Shown here: positions 1 to 13,333 of the stretch, piece after piece
Layout: every line of letters starts with the position of its first letter
How positions within the stretch are numbered: the stretch's first letter is position 1
Source: Octopus sinensis
Taxonomy: Eukaryota
Direction of reading: 5' to 3'
Assembly: GCF_006345805.1 (NCBI RefSeq)
Contig: NC_042999.1
Span: 162,316,001 to 162,380,000, forward strand
Length of the DNA: 64,000 bases
The notes under the pieces: generated by a model
Databases searched by the model: none
Told to the model about the DNA's origin: nothing
The model's input: the letters and a program-made list of their open reading frames with translations, nothing else
Program-made: the position numbers and the translations under genes

Positions 1-80
1 TGCATGCACATGGTCATGCAAGGTTCAATGAATGGATAGCACTCATTTTGCAAGAAGGATCAATTGGTATGGATGTATAA

Positions 81-116
<36 letters not shown>

Positions 117-184
117 TTGCTGATGCTGATAAGAAAGAGAGAGAGAGCTAACTCCATGCAGAGCCAACCAACAGAGTGATCAAC

Positions 185-612
185 CATCTAAATTGACAGC
201 AGTAGGGTAGACAAGATAATAAAGAATATGAAGCAAGAGAAAGCATATGAGTCATCAGGGATAACTGCTGAGATGCTTAAAATATCTGACAAAGTAGAAT
301 AGAGGAGAGGTACTTGAAAAGAAAATGTAGTAATGCTGGAATGAAGTAATGAAGTAATGCTGGCCAATATCATCATCAATTGTTATAAGGGCAAGGGAGA
401 TGCATGAGAGAGAGAAGAAACTTCAGATGCACTGAAGTTGTAGAATTTGGTTATGGTCCAACAATTTGATGAGATGTAGTTCAGCTTTGTCACAGGAAGA
501 ATCACTACTGATACCATATTCCTTATGAGAAATACATGGCCAGAAATATGACTCTATAACTTGTGTTTGTTGATCTGAGGAAGGCTTTTGATAAGGTCCC
601 TAATCAAGCTAA
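185..612 (+). mobile_element. RTE-clade LINE fragment (degenerate RT region)
   Basis: Broken frames give VDKIIKNMKQEKAYESSGITAEMLKIS, NCYKGKGDA, FVTGRITTDTIF, FVDLRKAFDKVP; same family as the element at 7560-10090. Confidence 0.8.
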
Positions 613-689
613 CCAAATCCGAGATCTGTCTGGTGTGCAAACACATACTGAGGAACATCAACAATGACATATAAGGAGAGCCACCAACG

Positions 690-2125
690 AGGTGATTGCA
701 TGGCTTAATATCAACAAGGAGAGAGGCAGAGCAAGGTTCATCCAGTTTGAACTTAGTTGATTTTTACGTGTCTATATTGAAAGGGTTACTGGTCAAGACA
801 CTTCCCTTTGCTAGGGGCTTCACTAACATTAGCAACAGGGACATAGATGTCATCATGCATGCTAGAAAAACTGTTCAATAAAGGTTCGACCTGGGTCGAG
901 CAAACCTATGGGCTCTTTTGATGTAGCAATGGGGGCTTATGACAGTGCTGATGTATGTGACCTCATCAGGTTGTATATCTTTGATGCCCTTAAGAAGAGA
1001 TTCCCCTCTGTCCTCTTTAGTCTCTACAGAGATGATGCCCCGGCTATCTCTAGAGGAATCAATGGGAACACTCTAGACAAGCCTAGAAAAGATCTAATTA
1101 GCACCCTTGGCTCCATGGGACTGAAAATTACTACTGAGACCAACCTCACCACTGCAGACTTCTTAAATGCCATCCACCCATCATGTTCAAAAACCTGATG
1201 AACGGTGTTAGCAAGAGGATCATGAACCTTTCCTCTAGCCAAGAGATTTTTGACATAGCTGCCCCTTACTATAATGAGGCATTAGCTACTAGCGGATTTA
1301 GGGACATCTTTTACGTGCCAGGCCCTAACACCCGCAGAAGAAAACGCCACAGAAATATCATTTGGTTTGTCCCCCACTTCTCTTCCAATGTAAAAACATG
1401 TATAGGTAAGATATTCCTTAGGCTGGTAGATAAACACTTCACACGATCACATGGTCATGGATGCATTTTCAACAGACACAACCTAAGAGTCTCTTTTAGC
1501 TGTATTTATTAAGAGCATTTTACTTAACACCCCTAGACCACTGGTGTATTGCTGTGCAAGATGACTATTTTAAGAGAGATGATGTTAAAACTTTGGTAAA
1601 TAAGTTATTTTTTATTAAGCACAACTAGTCAGGGAACTTTTTGATACCATATTGTATGTATACACACATACACACACACACACACACACACATATACATA
1701 TACACTATGAGGATATTTAAACTTCTTATAGGGATATTTTTATCCAAGATACCCTGGTTCAATATATTATATTTTGAAGAGATATTTCTTCACAACCTTG
1801 TGCATAGGTGTGTAGCTGAATCTGACGGGAAGGAATACCATTACATAGGTTCAACCGAAACTCAGTTTAAACGGAGAATTGCAAGCCACGAGAGTTGTTT
1901 TAGAAATAAGCATAAAATCAATACTAGTCTCAGCAAATTATATGGATGTTAAAAGATATTGGGAAAAACTATAAGATTAAGTGGGAGGTTGTAGGCCATG
2001 CCAGAGCTTATCAAATTTCAGATAGGAAATGTCAATTATGTACAGAAGAGATTTTTCAGATAATAAAACCTAAACATAGATTGATTAACTGTAAGAAAGA
2101 AAATATTTTCAAAGTATGTTTTTAG
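690..2125 (+). mobile_element. Penelope-like element, degenerate RT plus GIY-YIG endonuclease
   Basis: RT motifs FDVAMGAYDSADVCDL, LYRDDA, GLKITTETNL and RNIIWFVPHFSSNVKTCIGKIFL; GIY-YIG-type NLVHRC..YIGSTETQFKRRIASH at ~1790-1950. A (CA)n block interrupts it. Confidence 0.88.
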
Positions 2126-3569
2126 AAAATTTAATTAATAAATAAAAAATAAATAACAAAACTGAACATTAGAAATATAAGCATAAAATATATATCTAAA
2201 CACAAAGTATATTTTAGAAAATTTAATATATAAAAATAAAAATAAACATTAATGATATAAGCATTATATAATAAGTTTAACTTAATTTACAAAGCAAACG
2301 TAGGATAAAAATAATACAAATATAAATAATATATACTATATATTATATAATATAATACTTAAATATCAATCTTTATCAATTAATCAGATAATGTAATACA
2401 TCTTATTTTAGAGGCAAATATAAATTTATCAATAACACTAATCTTGATGACGTAGTACACTTAGTATATCTACGTACTAATCTTAAATGTGTGTAACATA
2501 GGCCTGTATGCATATATGTGTTCTCTCTCATACACTTTAAACATATAATGTTATATAGAATAAACTATGGATCAACATACAAATATAATTACTTGACTAA
2601 TTACCTTACTATTTCATATAATAATTATGATTGACTTCTTCCCGAATTAGATACAAGCATATAAGGGAATATATATATATGTATATTAACAAACTGATTT
2701 GACTTCATAACACGTTACTAACATACATACACATAAATCAACTTATACAGTAAACATCTATACACACACACACACACATAAACAATACATAAACTGAAAT
2801 GAGCTATGAATATCCATACCTATAAATGCATTTATAATTATAGAAATATTTGATAACCTTATACTAATATACATACACACTTACATGCTAATAAAGTAAC
2901 TTAAGTAGTAAGGATCCATAAATGCGTGCACACACACACACACACACACATACATTCATGCATAAACAATGACATGCATATTCAATAACCTTATGAAGGT
3001 ACACCTACACACATACATACACATAAATTAGGCAATAAACATATGTATATACACATACAAGCACACACATAAGCATACACTCACACAAAACCAAAATGGA
3101 CCGTGAACATCCATGTTTTGTAAAAAAAATATTTATTTCATTTTTATTTATTTTTATTATTAATATAATATTTCATTATTTTCATTATTCATTATTAATC
3201 TTTATTTTTATCCTTTATTTTAATTCTTATGAACTTGAATTCATCATTATTATCATATTTAAATAAAAGTAAAAATGTTAACATATGAACATGTGCACAC
3301 TATCACGTAACAGCTATTTACGCTAAAGGACCTGAAATACTTGTTACATGGTAGCAGGGCGTGCAAGAAATAGCAACCTAATTGTTCCTTTTCTGGGGAA
3401 AGGAGCTGTTTACGCGTGATTTTGATGTCACATTCATTGAAAACGTGAAATAACCTGGAAAAGAAAAAAATGACCCATGAATATATATATTCACACACAC
3501 TCACACATATATATAAGTATATGTGTGTGTATGTATGCACACATGTATGTATATATGTACTTGAGGCAA

Positions 3570-3905
3570 AGTGGCTGAACTCCTTTCAAGTGTTGGGCCT
3601 AACGGAGGCAATGACTGAGACCTTTGGCATTATGTCATGCTTGAGAAGAAAAGCCATCAAGGCAAGTAAAATTGCAGTTGTGGAAGATACTCATATCATA
3701 CAAATGGCACCTGTGCCAGTGGCACGTAAAAGCACCTATTACATTCTTGGAGTGGTTGGCATTAGGAAGGGCATCCAGTTGTAGAAAACCATGTCAAATC
3801 AGACTGGAACCTGGTGCAGCCTTCCAGCTTGCTAGCCCTTATCAAACCATCCTACCCATGCCAGCAGGGACAAAAGACACGAAATGATGATGATGATGAT
3901 GACAT
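3570..3905 (+). mobile_element. RTE LINE 3' end / 3'UTR fragment with (TGA)n tail
   Basis: Reverse complement of 7270-7560; ends CCCATGCCAGCA...AAATGATGATGATG. Confidence 0.7.
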
Positions 3906-4131
3906 TATCTTCATCATCTTTTAAATATTATCTTTTTAATGTCAACTTTTCCAAATGAAGTGATAATCAACCAGTTTATTGAGTAACAAATAACATACAC
4001 ACTGAAACAAAGATCCTGCAATGTGTCTAGACATGTTAAGAAGCTAGGACATGTTTTGTTTTGTGAACTGTAAGTAAATTACATCATCAGCAAAGCTATT
4101 GTTTACAGCTGACAAGTGGATATACATATAT

Positions 4132-4420
4132 TATTATCATCATCATCATTGTTTAATGTCCTTCTTCGATGCTGGCATGGGTTGGACGGTTTTCTGGCAT
4201 GGGTTGGCCAGGCAGGAGCCTGCACCATATTTCTGTGTCTATTTTGGCATGGTTTTTATGGCTAGATGCCTTTCCTAACACCAACCACTCCAAGAGTGGA
4301 CTGTGCTTTTTATGTGACAACAGCACAAGTGAGGTCAGTTTTGGCATGATTTTTACAGCTGGATGCCCTTCCAAATGCCAACCACTTTACAGTGTGGGCT
4401 GGATGTTTTTTACCTGGCAC
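4132..4420 (-). mobile_element. RTE LINE 3'UTR fragment
   Basis: (CAT)n then TTTAATGTCC..CATGCTGGCATGGGTTGGACGG..GGATGCCTTTCCTAACACCAACCACTCC; same family as copies at 7270, 37230 and 50360. Confidence 0.7.
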
Positions 4421-4794
4421 CTGCATTGGCAGGGTAACCAAGTAACTTTGCAAAACAATGAATCTTAGAGAGGGGAGTGGGCACTGGTGGAGGTGATCTT
4501 GTGTTAGAACCTGGTGGCTGTTGAGGAAGTTCAGAGTAAATGAATAGCTTGTGAGAGCCATACAATGCACAGGGGTGATGTAAGGTGAGAGTGAGCAATA
4601 AATTTAGTGTGTAGGTAGAAGTCCACCAGGGCTCAATTCTCAGTTCAATCTATTCATCATAGTCCTCCACACCATAACAGAGGAATTTAACAGGTTGCTC
4701 TTTGATACTACTGTATGCGTGATGACCTCATTCTTAAACCAGAAATAGAAAATAAATTTATTTATAATACATACACACACACACACATACATAT

Positions 4795-6085
4795 ATATAG
4801 AAGCAGAGCGGAGTACCCTCTTCTCAGTAGAGGTCTGCACTTTATCCCTCTCGCTCCCTCTAGTAACAAGTTTCAGACCCATGCTGATATCCTACACCTT
4901 GTGCACAACATCAGGCTACATGCACTATTCCACAACACTCCACCCGCATCTAATGAAGAGGACTGCTTCACTGACCTGGGCCTCCAACCATCTACAGGAT
5001 GCCAGCTTCTGGCCAATTCCAAGCAGTTGATAAATTTGCAAGTATTTGCCAACATGCTATGGACCAGTTCAACTTTCAGAGGGCTGAAGCAGTCTGTCAA
5101 CTTCAAGATACTTCCAACCCCATGCCTAACTACCAACAGACTGTGTCCTCCAATATTCATGACCTCATTTCCTCCTCCCATCTCCCTCCTATCACCTCCA
5201 GCCTCATCGTCTGCACCCCACTATTTACTTCCTATATACTTCCTACCCAAAATTCACAAGCCCAACAACCCTGGCCGCCCCATTGTCTCCACCTGCAACT
5301 GCCCCATTGAAATGATCTCGAAATATTTTGACTGTGCTCTTGCCTCCTAGTGGCTTCCCTTCCCTCACACATTCATGATACTAATCATGCTCTCCATCTG
5401 TTTAACTCTTTCTCCTTCCCTTTTGGCCCTCTCAACTTCTGTTCACTCTCAACATTAAATCTTTGTATACAGTGATCCCACACAACAAAGGCCTTCTTGT
5501 GCTTAACCACTTCCTAGGCCTTCAGCCAGAACCTCAACCTGGCTCCTCCACACTTCTTCATTTGGCCAAACTTGTCCTCTCCCTCACCTCCGTCTCATTC
5601 ACAGGGGAGTTTTATCAACAGATCTCAGGAGTGGCCATGGGAATAAGAATAGACCCCAAATCTGCTAACTTGTTCATTGGCTATGTTGAAACCCAAATAT
5701 TCTTACAATTCATTAATCTCACTCCTGAGCTGTACAGTTGTTTATATTGATGACTGTATCAGCGTGCCCTCACTCTCCCGTGAACATCTTCACTACTTTC
5801 TCTCCTTTGTCCAATCCTTCTATCCTGCCCATGAATTCTCCTGCACTATCTCAAACTCTTACATCGAATCTTTTGACATCTCTGTCAGCATCCACCCCTC
5901 CAATCTCACTACTTCCATCCACTACAAACACAATGACTAACACTCCTACCTTAACTTCTCCTCCCCCCCCCATCCTACCCACACCAAGCTCTCCATCCCC
6001 TACTCCCACTTCCTCTGTCTATGCAGGCTCTGCAGTGATGACTATGACTTTGAGACTCAGTCTCAACTCATGGCTGTCCGCTTCA
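4795..6085 (+). mobile_element. Penelope-like element RT, degenerate
   Basis: LLSRGLHFIP, LPKIHKPNNPGRPIVS, SLYTVIPHNKGL, FYQQISGVAMG, YIDDCI across frameshifts. Confidence 0.88.
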
Positions 6086-6140
6086 TCCTACATAGATTTA
6101 TCAGTATATATGTGTATTGTTTGCTTATATATTTGTCGAC

Positions 6141-6304
6141 GTGGCTGTGTGGTAAGTAGCTTGTTTACCAACCACATGGTTCCGGGTTCAGTCCCACTGC
6201 GTGGCACCTTGGGCAAGTGTCTTCTACTATAGCCTCGGGCCGACCAAAGCCTTGTGAATGGATGTGGTAGATGGAGACTGAAAGAAGCCCGTCGTATATA
6301 TGTG

Positions 6305-6337
<33 letters not shown>

Positions 6338-6520
6338 TCGTGTGTCTGTGTTTGTCCCCCTAGCATTGCTTGACAACCGATGCTGGTGTGTTTATGTCCC
6401 CATTACTTAGCAGTTCGGCAAAAGAGACCGATAGAATAAGTACTGGCGATTAAAGGCGGTGCTCCAGCATGGCCGCAGTCAAATGACTGAAACAAGTAAA
6501 AAAGAGAGAGAGAAAGAGTA
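6141..6520 (+). mobile_element. tRNA-derived SINE family 1 (copy A, internal deletion)
   Basis: A box TGGCTGTGTGG, B box GGTTCAGTCCC, internal (TA)n(TG)n, tail GGTGCTCCAGCATGGCCGCAGTCAAATGACTGAAACAAGTAAAA. Confidence 0.92.
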
Positions 6521-7086
6521 TCTTTACAGAGGACTGCAAAATAATCTTTATTAAAGAACATGAAATCTTAAGATATAAGATTATCCAAAATTTTGTAAAT
6601 CTTCATACTCATTACCTCACATTCGACCTTGAGAACAAATTTAGAGTCGATTGTAGGTATTAGACATCTACTTCTAATATATACACACTGGCATTCCAGC
6701 ACCCTTAATTATAATTACATTTTTATAATTATATACTTAAAAATTAATTTTACTGATATGGTCATTTTTTGTACGCTATCCACTGATATAATCATTTTAA
6801 TGATTATAGCCTCAATTTATAAGTAAATGCATATATACACATATATATGTATATATACATATATGTATATACATATATATATGTATACATATATATATGT
6901 GTGTGTGTGTGTGTGTGTATATATGAGTTTGTATGTATGTGTATATATGAGTTTGTGTGTGTGTGTGTGTATACACACACACATCCCACAAAACATCGTT
7001 TTACGTTTTTTTCTAACTTGTAAAGGTTTATATTTATCATTAATTGACATTTTTATATTTCAGGTTCTATCTGGGACTGTTTAGTC

Positions 7087-7221
7087 ATGCCATGTACAAA
7101 AGAAGCCTTGGAATTGTTTGAATTTCAAAGAGGCCGCATTGTGGGTCATTCTGAAGACGGACATAGTCAGAGCAAAATCACAGAAAACCTTGGGATCCTG
7201 CTTTCTACAGTTAATAGATGA
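7087..7221 (+). mobile_element. Tc1/mariner transposase N-terminal (HTH) fragment
   Basis: [44 protein letters not shown] resembles the Tc1 paired-like HTH (F.RGRIVG..E.G.S...I...LG...STV.R). Confidence 0.7.
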
Positions 7222-7269
7222 TGACGATGATATATAAATATATATATATATATGTATGTATGTATATGT

Positions 7270-10090
7270 ATATCATCATCATTTAGCATCCTTTGTCCAT
7301 GCTGGCATGGGTTGGATGGTTTGACCAGGGCTTCCCCAAACTCCAGTTTGATTTGGCATGGTTTTTTTTTATGGCTAGATGCCCTTCCTTAAACTAATCA
7401 CTCTGATTTTATGTGCTTTTATGTGCCACCAGCATGGGTGGCATTTGCATGACACTGGTATCTGCCATGACTGTGATTTTACTTGGCTTGGTGGGTCTTC
7501 TTCTCAAGCATGACATAATGCCAAAGGTCCTGGTCATTGCCTCTGAGGGGTCCAGAACTCGAAAGGAGCTTTTTGCATGCCACCAGTATCGGTCACTTTG
7601 CCTCCATGAAGCCCAATGCTTGAAAGGTACTTTTTACATATCTGTCATGGCCTCTGTGAGGCCCAAAGTTCAAAGCTTATGCTTCACCACCTTCTCCCAT
7701 GTCTTTCTGGGTCTATCTCTACCACAAGTTCCCTCCAAAGTTAGAGATCGGCACTTCTTCACACAGCTGTCCTCGTCCATATGCATCATGACCATACCAG
7801 CACAGTCATCTCTCTTGCACACCACATCTGATGCCCAACTTTTCTCTCACGATGCTTACACTCTGTCAAACATGCACATCCAGCCAAGCATACTGGCTTC
7901 ATTTCTTTCATGTCTGCATATGTCCTTGGCTGTCACAGCCCATGTTTCACCACTGTGTAGCATAGTTGTTTGCACACAGGTATCATACAATCTGCCTTTC
8001 ACTCTGAATGAGAGGCCCTTTGTTGCCAACAGAGGTAGGCGCTCTTTAAACTTTGCCCAGCCTAATCTTATTCTCAGTTACACTCTTGTAGTATCCACCT
8101 CTGCTACTAACTTGGTCACATAGATAATGGAAGCTATCTACTACCCTCTAGCTTACCCCACTGGCAGTTGATGGAATCTATTTTCTGTACCTTTTGATGT
8201 ATATTGTACCTGAGCATCTTCCACATACAAAAGATAGTTTCCCTGATAACCTTCCTCTGATATTGCTGCACCTTTTATGTGTCCATAGCTTACACCAGGG
8301 AAATCTTATGGATTTCTACCAATTGAGCAGGGCCATCTACCTGAAGGGATTTGTGATTTGTCTACCTTCCTACTTACTATGACTTTGATTTTTGCTAGAT
8401 TAACTCTAAGGCCCTTTGATTCTAGACCTTGCTAGACCTGAAACTGCTTCTCCAGTTCTTGTAGTGATTCAGCTATAAGAACAAGGTGATCAGCATAGAG
8501 GAGCTCCCAGGGGCAGCCTGTCTTAAATTCCACTATTATTGGAGGACTATGATGAACAGGAGGAGGCTGAGAACTGATCCTTGGTGGGCCCCTACGTCTA
8601 CCCTGAATCCTTCGCTGTACTATTTTTATTTTTGGCTATGTATTTTTTCTGCAGCCGCCTTAACAGAAATATAGCATCAGTGGTGCTTCTCCCTGGCACA
8701 AAACCAAACTGCATCTCATCTAAACTAACTCTTATTCCCCTCATTAGTTGGGCTATGAACGTCTCTGTAACTTTCATCTGATCCAACAATTTGATACCTC
8801 TGTAATTATTTCTATCTAAGGCATCATTACTTTTGTAGCAGTTGACTATGATGCTTCTACACCAGTCACTGGTTATGACTCCTTTGTGAACCACCAAATT
8901 TACAACATGGGTGACTAGATCATAACCCACACTGCCAGATATTTTAAGCATCACAGCAGTGATTCCTGATGGGCTGGAGGCTTTCCCTGTCTTCATATCC
9001 TTAATTGCTTTATCTACCAAGATAATGTCAATTCGGATAGCAGGTCCCTCAATTGGGTCAACATTTGGTTGACTCTTCTCCTCCCAGTCATTTTTCATGT
9101 TCAGCAATCTTTCATATTGGCATTTCCAAGCCTCTTTCTTTGAAGAATCATTAAATGCAAGTGCACCCTCATCCTTGTCGACACATTTCTCTCCTATGAC
9201 ATCACAATTTTCTCTCACACACTGTCTTGCAATCTGAAACACTTCAGTTCGCTGAACATAGGCAAACTTCTTTTCTGCTACTCCCTTCGCTAGCTATACC
9301 TGTCTCCTAGCTTCCCTTCTGGCTATCTGATACAGTTCCCTGCTGCCCCAACTCTTCCAAGCCTATTTCTTTGCTCTAATGGCCCTATCTACAGCATTGT
9401 TCCATCAATATATCGCCCAAAGTCTGGTTGGGACTTTGCACCAGCTGCAGATTTGGTCTGTGGCACTCAGCAAGCTCTCACAGGAATTCCCAATTACCCT
9501 CTATATCACAAGTCTGTAGCTCCTCCTCCCTCTCATAAAACTTCTCAATTAGGATGTCCCTAAATCTCTGACCATATGAAGGGTCCTTAAGCTTCCAAAT
9601 TCTTTTTTTCCTGCTTCTTTTGGTCTGCTTCTTGGCATCCTTCTGGTCTGCAGTTTAAAGTCATTAATGACTAGTCTATGCTGGGGGTACATTCTTCACT
9701 AGGGAGGGTCTTTGTATTTAAGAGCAACCATGTATCCCGCTGCCTGGTGAGAATATAATTGATCTGGCTAGCACAGTCACCTGATTGGTAGGTTATCAGG
9801 TTGGCTGGCTGGCTTCCTGAAGTTGATGCTGCAGATCAATAGGTTATTTGCATCACAGAATTCCAGTAGCCTTGTTCCCTTTTCATTTCGGGAACTAATT
9901 CCATGGCCCTCATGTACACCATGGAATATACCAGGCTGCCATCTGATATGCCCATTGAAATCCCCATAGCAGGGCATAGGCAGAGATAATTGCCACTATA
10001 TTATTCTGCAAGACTAGCCTGAGCTTAAGTACTCTATCACACAATCTGACTATTTCTAAGACCTTATCCACCCATTTCTCAGCAAGAAGT
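7270..10090 (-). mobile_element. RTE-clade LINE, degenerate with internal deletions (APE, RT, 3'UTR, TGA tail)
   Basis: APE: GILLAEKWVDKV..IISAYA, GDFNGHI, LLEFCDANNL. RT: NYRGIKLL, MQFGFVPGRSTTDAIF, HQGSVLSLLLFII, WELLYADHLVL. 3'UTR and (ATG)n tail at 7270-7560. Confidence 0.9.
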
Positions 10091-10477
10091 ATGCCCACAC
10101 CACCTACTCTGTTGGTCTATATATATATATATATGTATGTATGTGTGTGTGTTTGTATTTGTGTGTGTGTGTGTGTAGTAAAATAATGATTCAGATAGAA
10201 TCAGGTACTTGAAAAGATATACACCAGATAGGGTTGGATAAACCTGTGATTTCAGCCTATGGTTGCTAAGTATCAAATAGGATATTCTGGTTGTGTACTC
10301 AGAGAAAACCAATCCTATGAGTATTTAGTGCCTAGGGGCTGGTCCAAAGCATGCATTACATTGAATTATACATTGTTGGTATACTCTAGAGTGTCCAACT
10401 AGCTGGAAGTCCCCTTGGCGTATTGTAATCATATGACTAATAGCAGACAATGGATAATTGTCAGCTCATTACAAATG

Positions 10478-10889
10478 TTTACTCTTTTACTTGTTTCAGT
10501 CATTTGACTGCGGCCATGCTGGAGCACCGCCTTTAATCGAGCAACTCGACCCCGGGACTTATTCTTTTGTAAGCCCAGTACTTATTCTATCGGTCTCTTT
10601 TTGCCGAACCGCTAAGTAACGGAGACATAAACACACCAGCATCGGTTGTCAAGCAATGCTAGGGGGACAAACACAGATACACAAATGCATATATATATAC
10701 GCACATGCATATATATACATATATACGACGGGCTTCTTTCAGTTTCCGTCTACCAAATCCACTCACAAGGCTTTGGTCGGCCCGAGGCTATAGTAGAAGA
10801 CACTTGCCCAAGGTGCCACGCAGTGGGACTGAACCCGGAACCATGTGGTTGGTTAGCAAGCTACTTACCACACAGCCACTCCTGCGCCT
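10478..10889 (-). mobile_element. SINE family 1 (copy B)
   Basis: Full-length reverse complement of the consensus, head GGCGCAGGAGTGGCTGTGTGG. Confidence 0.95.
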
Positions 10890-11044
10890 ATGCATCATTT
10901 TAATAGAAGAATGAGAACATTACTCCATTACAAAAAACTGTAATCATCAGATGAAACGTAACTTTACAAACAAAAGAATATCCCAAGAATACAGCAGGGA
11001 CATGGCTGAAGTCCCTTGAAGCCAACTATGAAAAATTTTTCATA

Positions 11045-11180
11045 GTTGGCCTTGACTATGGCGCTGCTACACCAGTCATTGGGTATGACTCCTTTATGAA
11101 CCACCTGATTTGCAACATGGGTGACTAGACCCTAACTCAAACTGCCAGATATTTTAAGCTTCACAGCGGGGATTCCTCTG
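11045..11180 (-). mobile_element. RTE LINE fragment
   Basis: Diverged match to ~8845-8975 of the RTE element. Confidence 0.65.
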
Positions 11181-11527
11181 CAACAATAATCATTGCTGTC
11201 TTCCATGTTTACCAACAAATATAATTTGTAATGTCCATATGTTGTTGACACAGTTGTAAATTGTCAAAAATAATTATTGTGCTCCAGTTTATATGATTTG
11301 TTATACATGTATCGTTGAAACAGCTGTAAACTGTGGAATAAATGCAATACCAACATATCCATTCTTTACTTGTTCATGTATATATGTATACATATATATA
11401 TGCAAGTGTGTACATAGACTTACAGCTATGTTTCTCTCTTGATGTGTACATAGACATACATCTAGATATTTCTTCATGAAAGTTTTATAAACCTGTGTTT
11501 GTGCATGTATAAAAATAATATATTGAA

Positions 11528-12166
11528 CTAGCAGTATCGCCCGGCGTTGCTCGGGTTTGTAAGGGAAATAACTATATAAGCATTTTTAGAGATGTAAAGT
11601 ATAATAGCCATATGGCTAACCACAAAGGGGGGGGTGTTACTGTAGCTTTTTACGCTCTGAGATTTAATAAAAAATTTTTTAGTGAGTTACTTCCCTTATA
11701 TATGCCAAAAATGCATTAAAAATGGGAAAAATTGATGGTAAATTTTTTTTAAATTGTAGACTCATGGTCATTCCGAAAAGCTCTACCTGCGACGATTTCA
11801 TCTCAATCGAAGGAGAGGAGCTTTCTCCGTCCGGGTTGCGCATCCGTGGAACAAGCTGCCAGACGAGATGGTGAAGATGCCGACGACCGCTTTGTTCAAA
11901 GCCTCCCTGGACCTCAAGTGCCTGAACTCTTTACATGAACACCACCCTGTACTTAACTCCATGTCCCCCTACATGGCCTTGCTATTTGCTTTTGAGCCAA
12001 ATTAACTAACTAACTAACTAACTAACTAATACCCAGAAGGGCTCGATATGAATCACGACTATAAGATACCCGGTTTTGGTTAAACTGCACCGCAAAATGT
12101 GTGAGTAGTTAGGAATCTAAATCGTAGGAGACAGACAGCACACAACCTCTCTTTTATATATAAAGA
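11528..12166 (-). mobile_element. Non-autonomous Helitron (H1) carrying a CR1 insertion
   Basis: 5' A|TC, subterminal hairpin CCCGAGCAACGCCGGG, 3' CTAG|T, no TSD. Confidence 0.9.
11766..12025 (+). mobile_element. 5'-truncated CR1 LINE 3' end with (AACT)n tail
   Basis: GHSEKLYLRRFHLNRRRGAFSVRVAHPWNKLPDEMVKMPTTALFKASLD matches the CR1 ORF2 C-terminal pattern GH..KL...R..FS.RV...WN.LP...V......FK..LD. Confidence 0.88.
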
Positions 12167-12240
12167 TATACTGAATATTCAAACAAAGTAGTTTTAATAT
12201 AGATGTTACTTATACATTCACACACACACACCTAATTACA

Positions 12241-12303
12241 CAATAAACACAATAAACACAATAAACACAATAAACACAATAAACACAATAAACACAATAA
12301 ACA
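12241..12303 (+). repeat. Perfect 9-mer tandem repeat (CAATAAACA)x7
   Basis: Read directly from the sequence. Confidence 0.95.
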
Positions 12304-12928
12304 CATGCAGTAATATAGTAAACAGAATCACATGCATACTTGCTCTATTTTTTGAGCTGCATTTTAAGTGGTGCAACTTATGTTTAGTCAACAGTTGCAG
12401 TTTTAAATGTTCAGAGGGAGAAATCCCACCCCCCAAAACAAGTTTGTTAGTAAGGTTGTTAGATGCCCAAATCACACACAGTTCATGCCTGGTACTTCCA
12501 TTTTTAACTCCAAACTCAGAGAGATGAAAAGTAAATTTTTTTCCTGCAGAATTTAAACTCAATACAACTGAATAATGAACTGAATGGTAGCAGCAACAAT
12601 TTCCATAAGAAAAATGTATATATATATATTATATATATATATCACTGCCCATCAGAAATCAAGGTAGTTGAGATTAACATGCACCCTCCCCCTCCTCACC
12701 ACCATCATCATCATTTTAAAGTTGACTTTCCCATGTACTGGCATGTGTAAGATGGAATACACTGAGGCAGATTTTCTACTACTGGATGCTCTTCCTGTTG
12801 CCAAATCTCACCTATTTCCAAGCAAGGTAATATTTCCCTGAAGCACAAACTGGACACAACTTCACAAAAGATGGCAAACAAATAACATCACTTGTATAAT
12901 GGTGATGTTTGTTTACAATTAGTATGTA

Positions 12929-13333
12929 GGCGCAGGAGTGGCTGTGTGGTAAGTAGCTTGCTTACCAACCACATGGTTCCGGGTTCAGTCCCACTGCGTG
13001 GCATCTTGGGCAAGTGTCTTATGCTATAGCCTCAGGCCGACCAATGCCTTGTGAGTGGATTTGGTAGATGGAAACTGAAAGAAGCCTGTCGTATATATGT
13101 ATATATATATATATGTGTGTGTGTGTGTTTGTGTGTCTGTGTTTGTCCCCCTAGCATTGCTTGACAACCAATGCTGGTGTGTTTACGTCCCCGTCACTTA
13201 GCGGTTCGGCAAAAGAGACCGATAGAATAAGTACTGGGCTTACAAAGAATAAGTCCCGGGGTCGATTTGCTCGACTAAAGGCGGTGCTCCAGCATGGCCG
13301 CAGTCAAATGACTGAAACTAGTAAAAGAGTAAA
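12929..13333 (+). mobile_element. SINE family 1 (copy C)
   Basis: Full-length consensus match; followed by an older inverted partial copy at ~13390-13530. Confidence 0.95.

Noticed and set aside
10646-10914. Recurrent ORFs such as RRASFSFRLPNPLTRHWSARGYSRRHLPK in about 10 places
   Set aside because: They are antisense readings of SINE family 1 copies, not a gene family.
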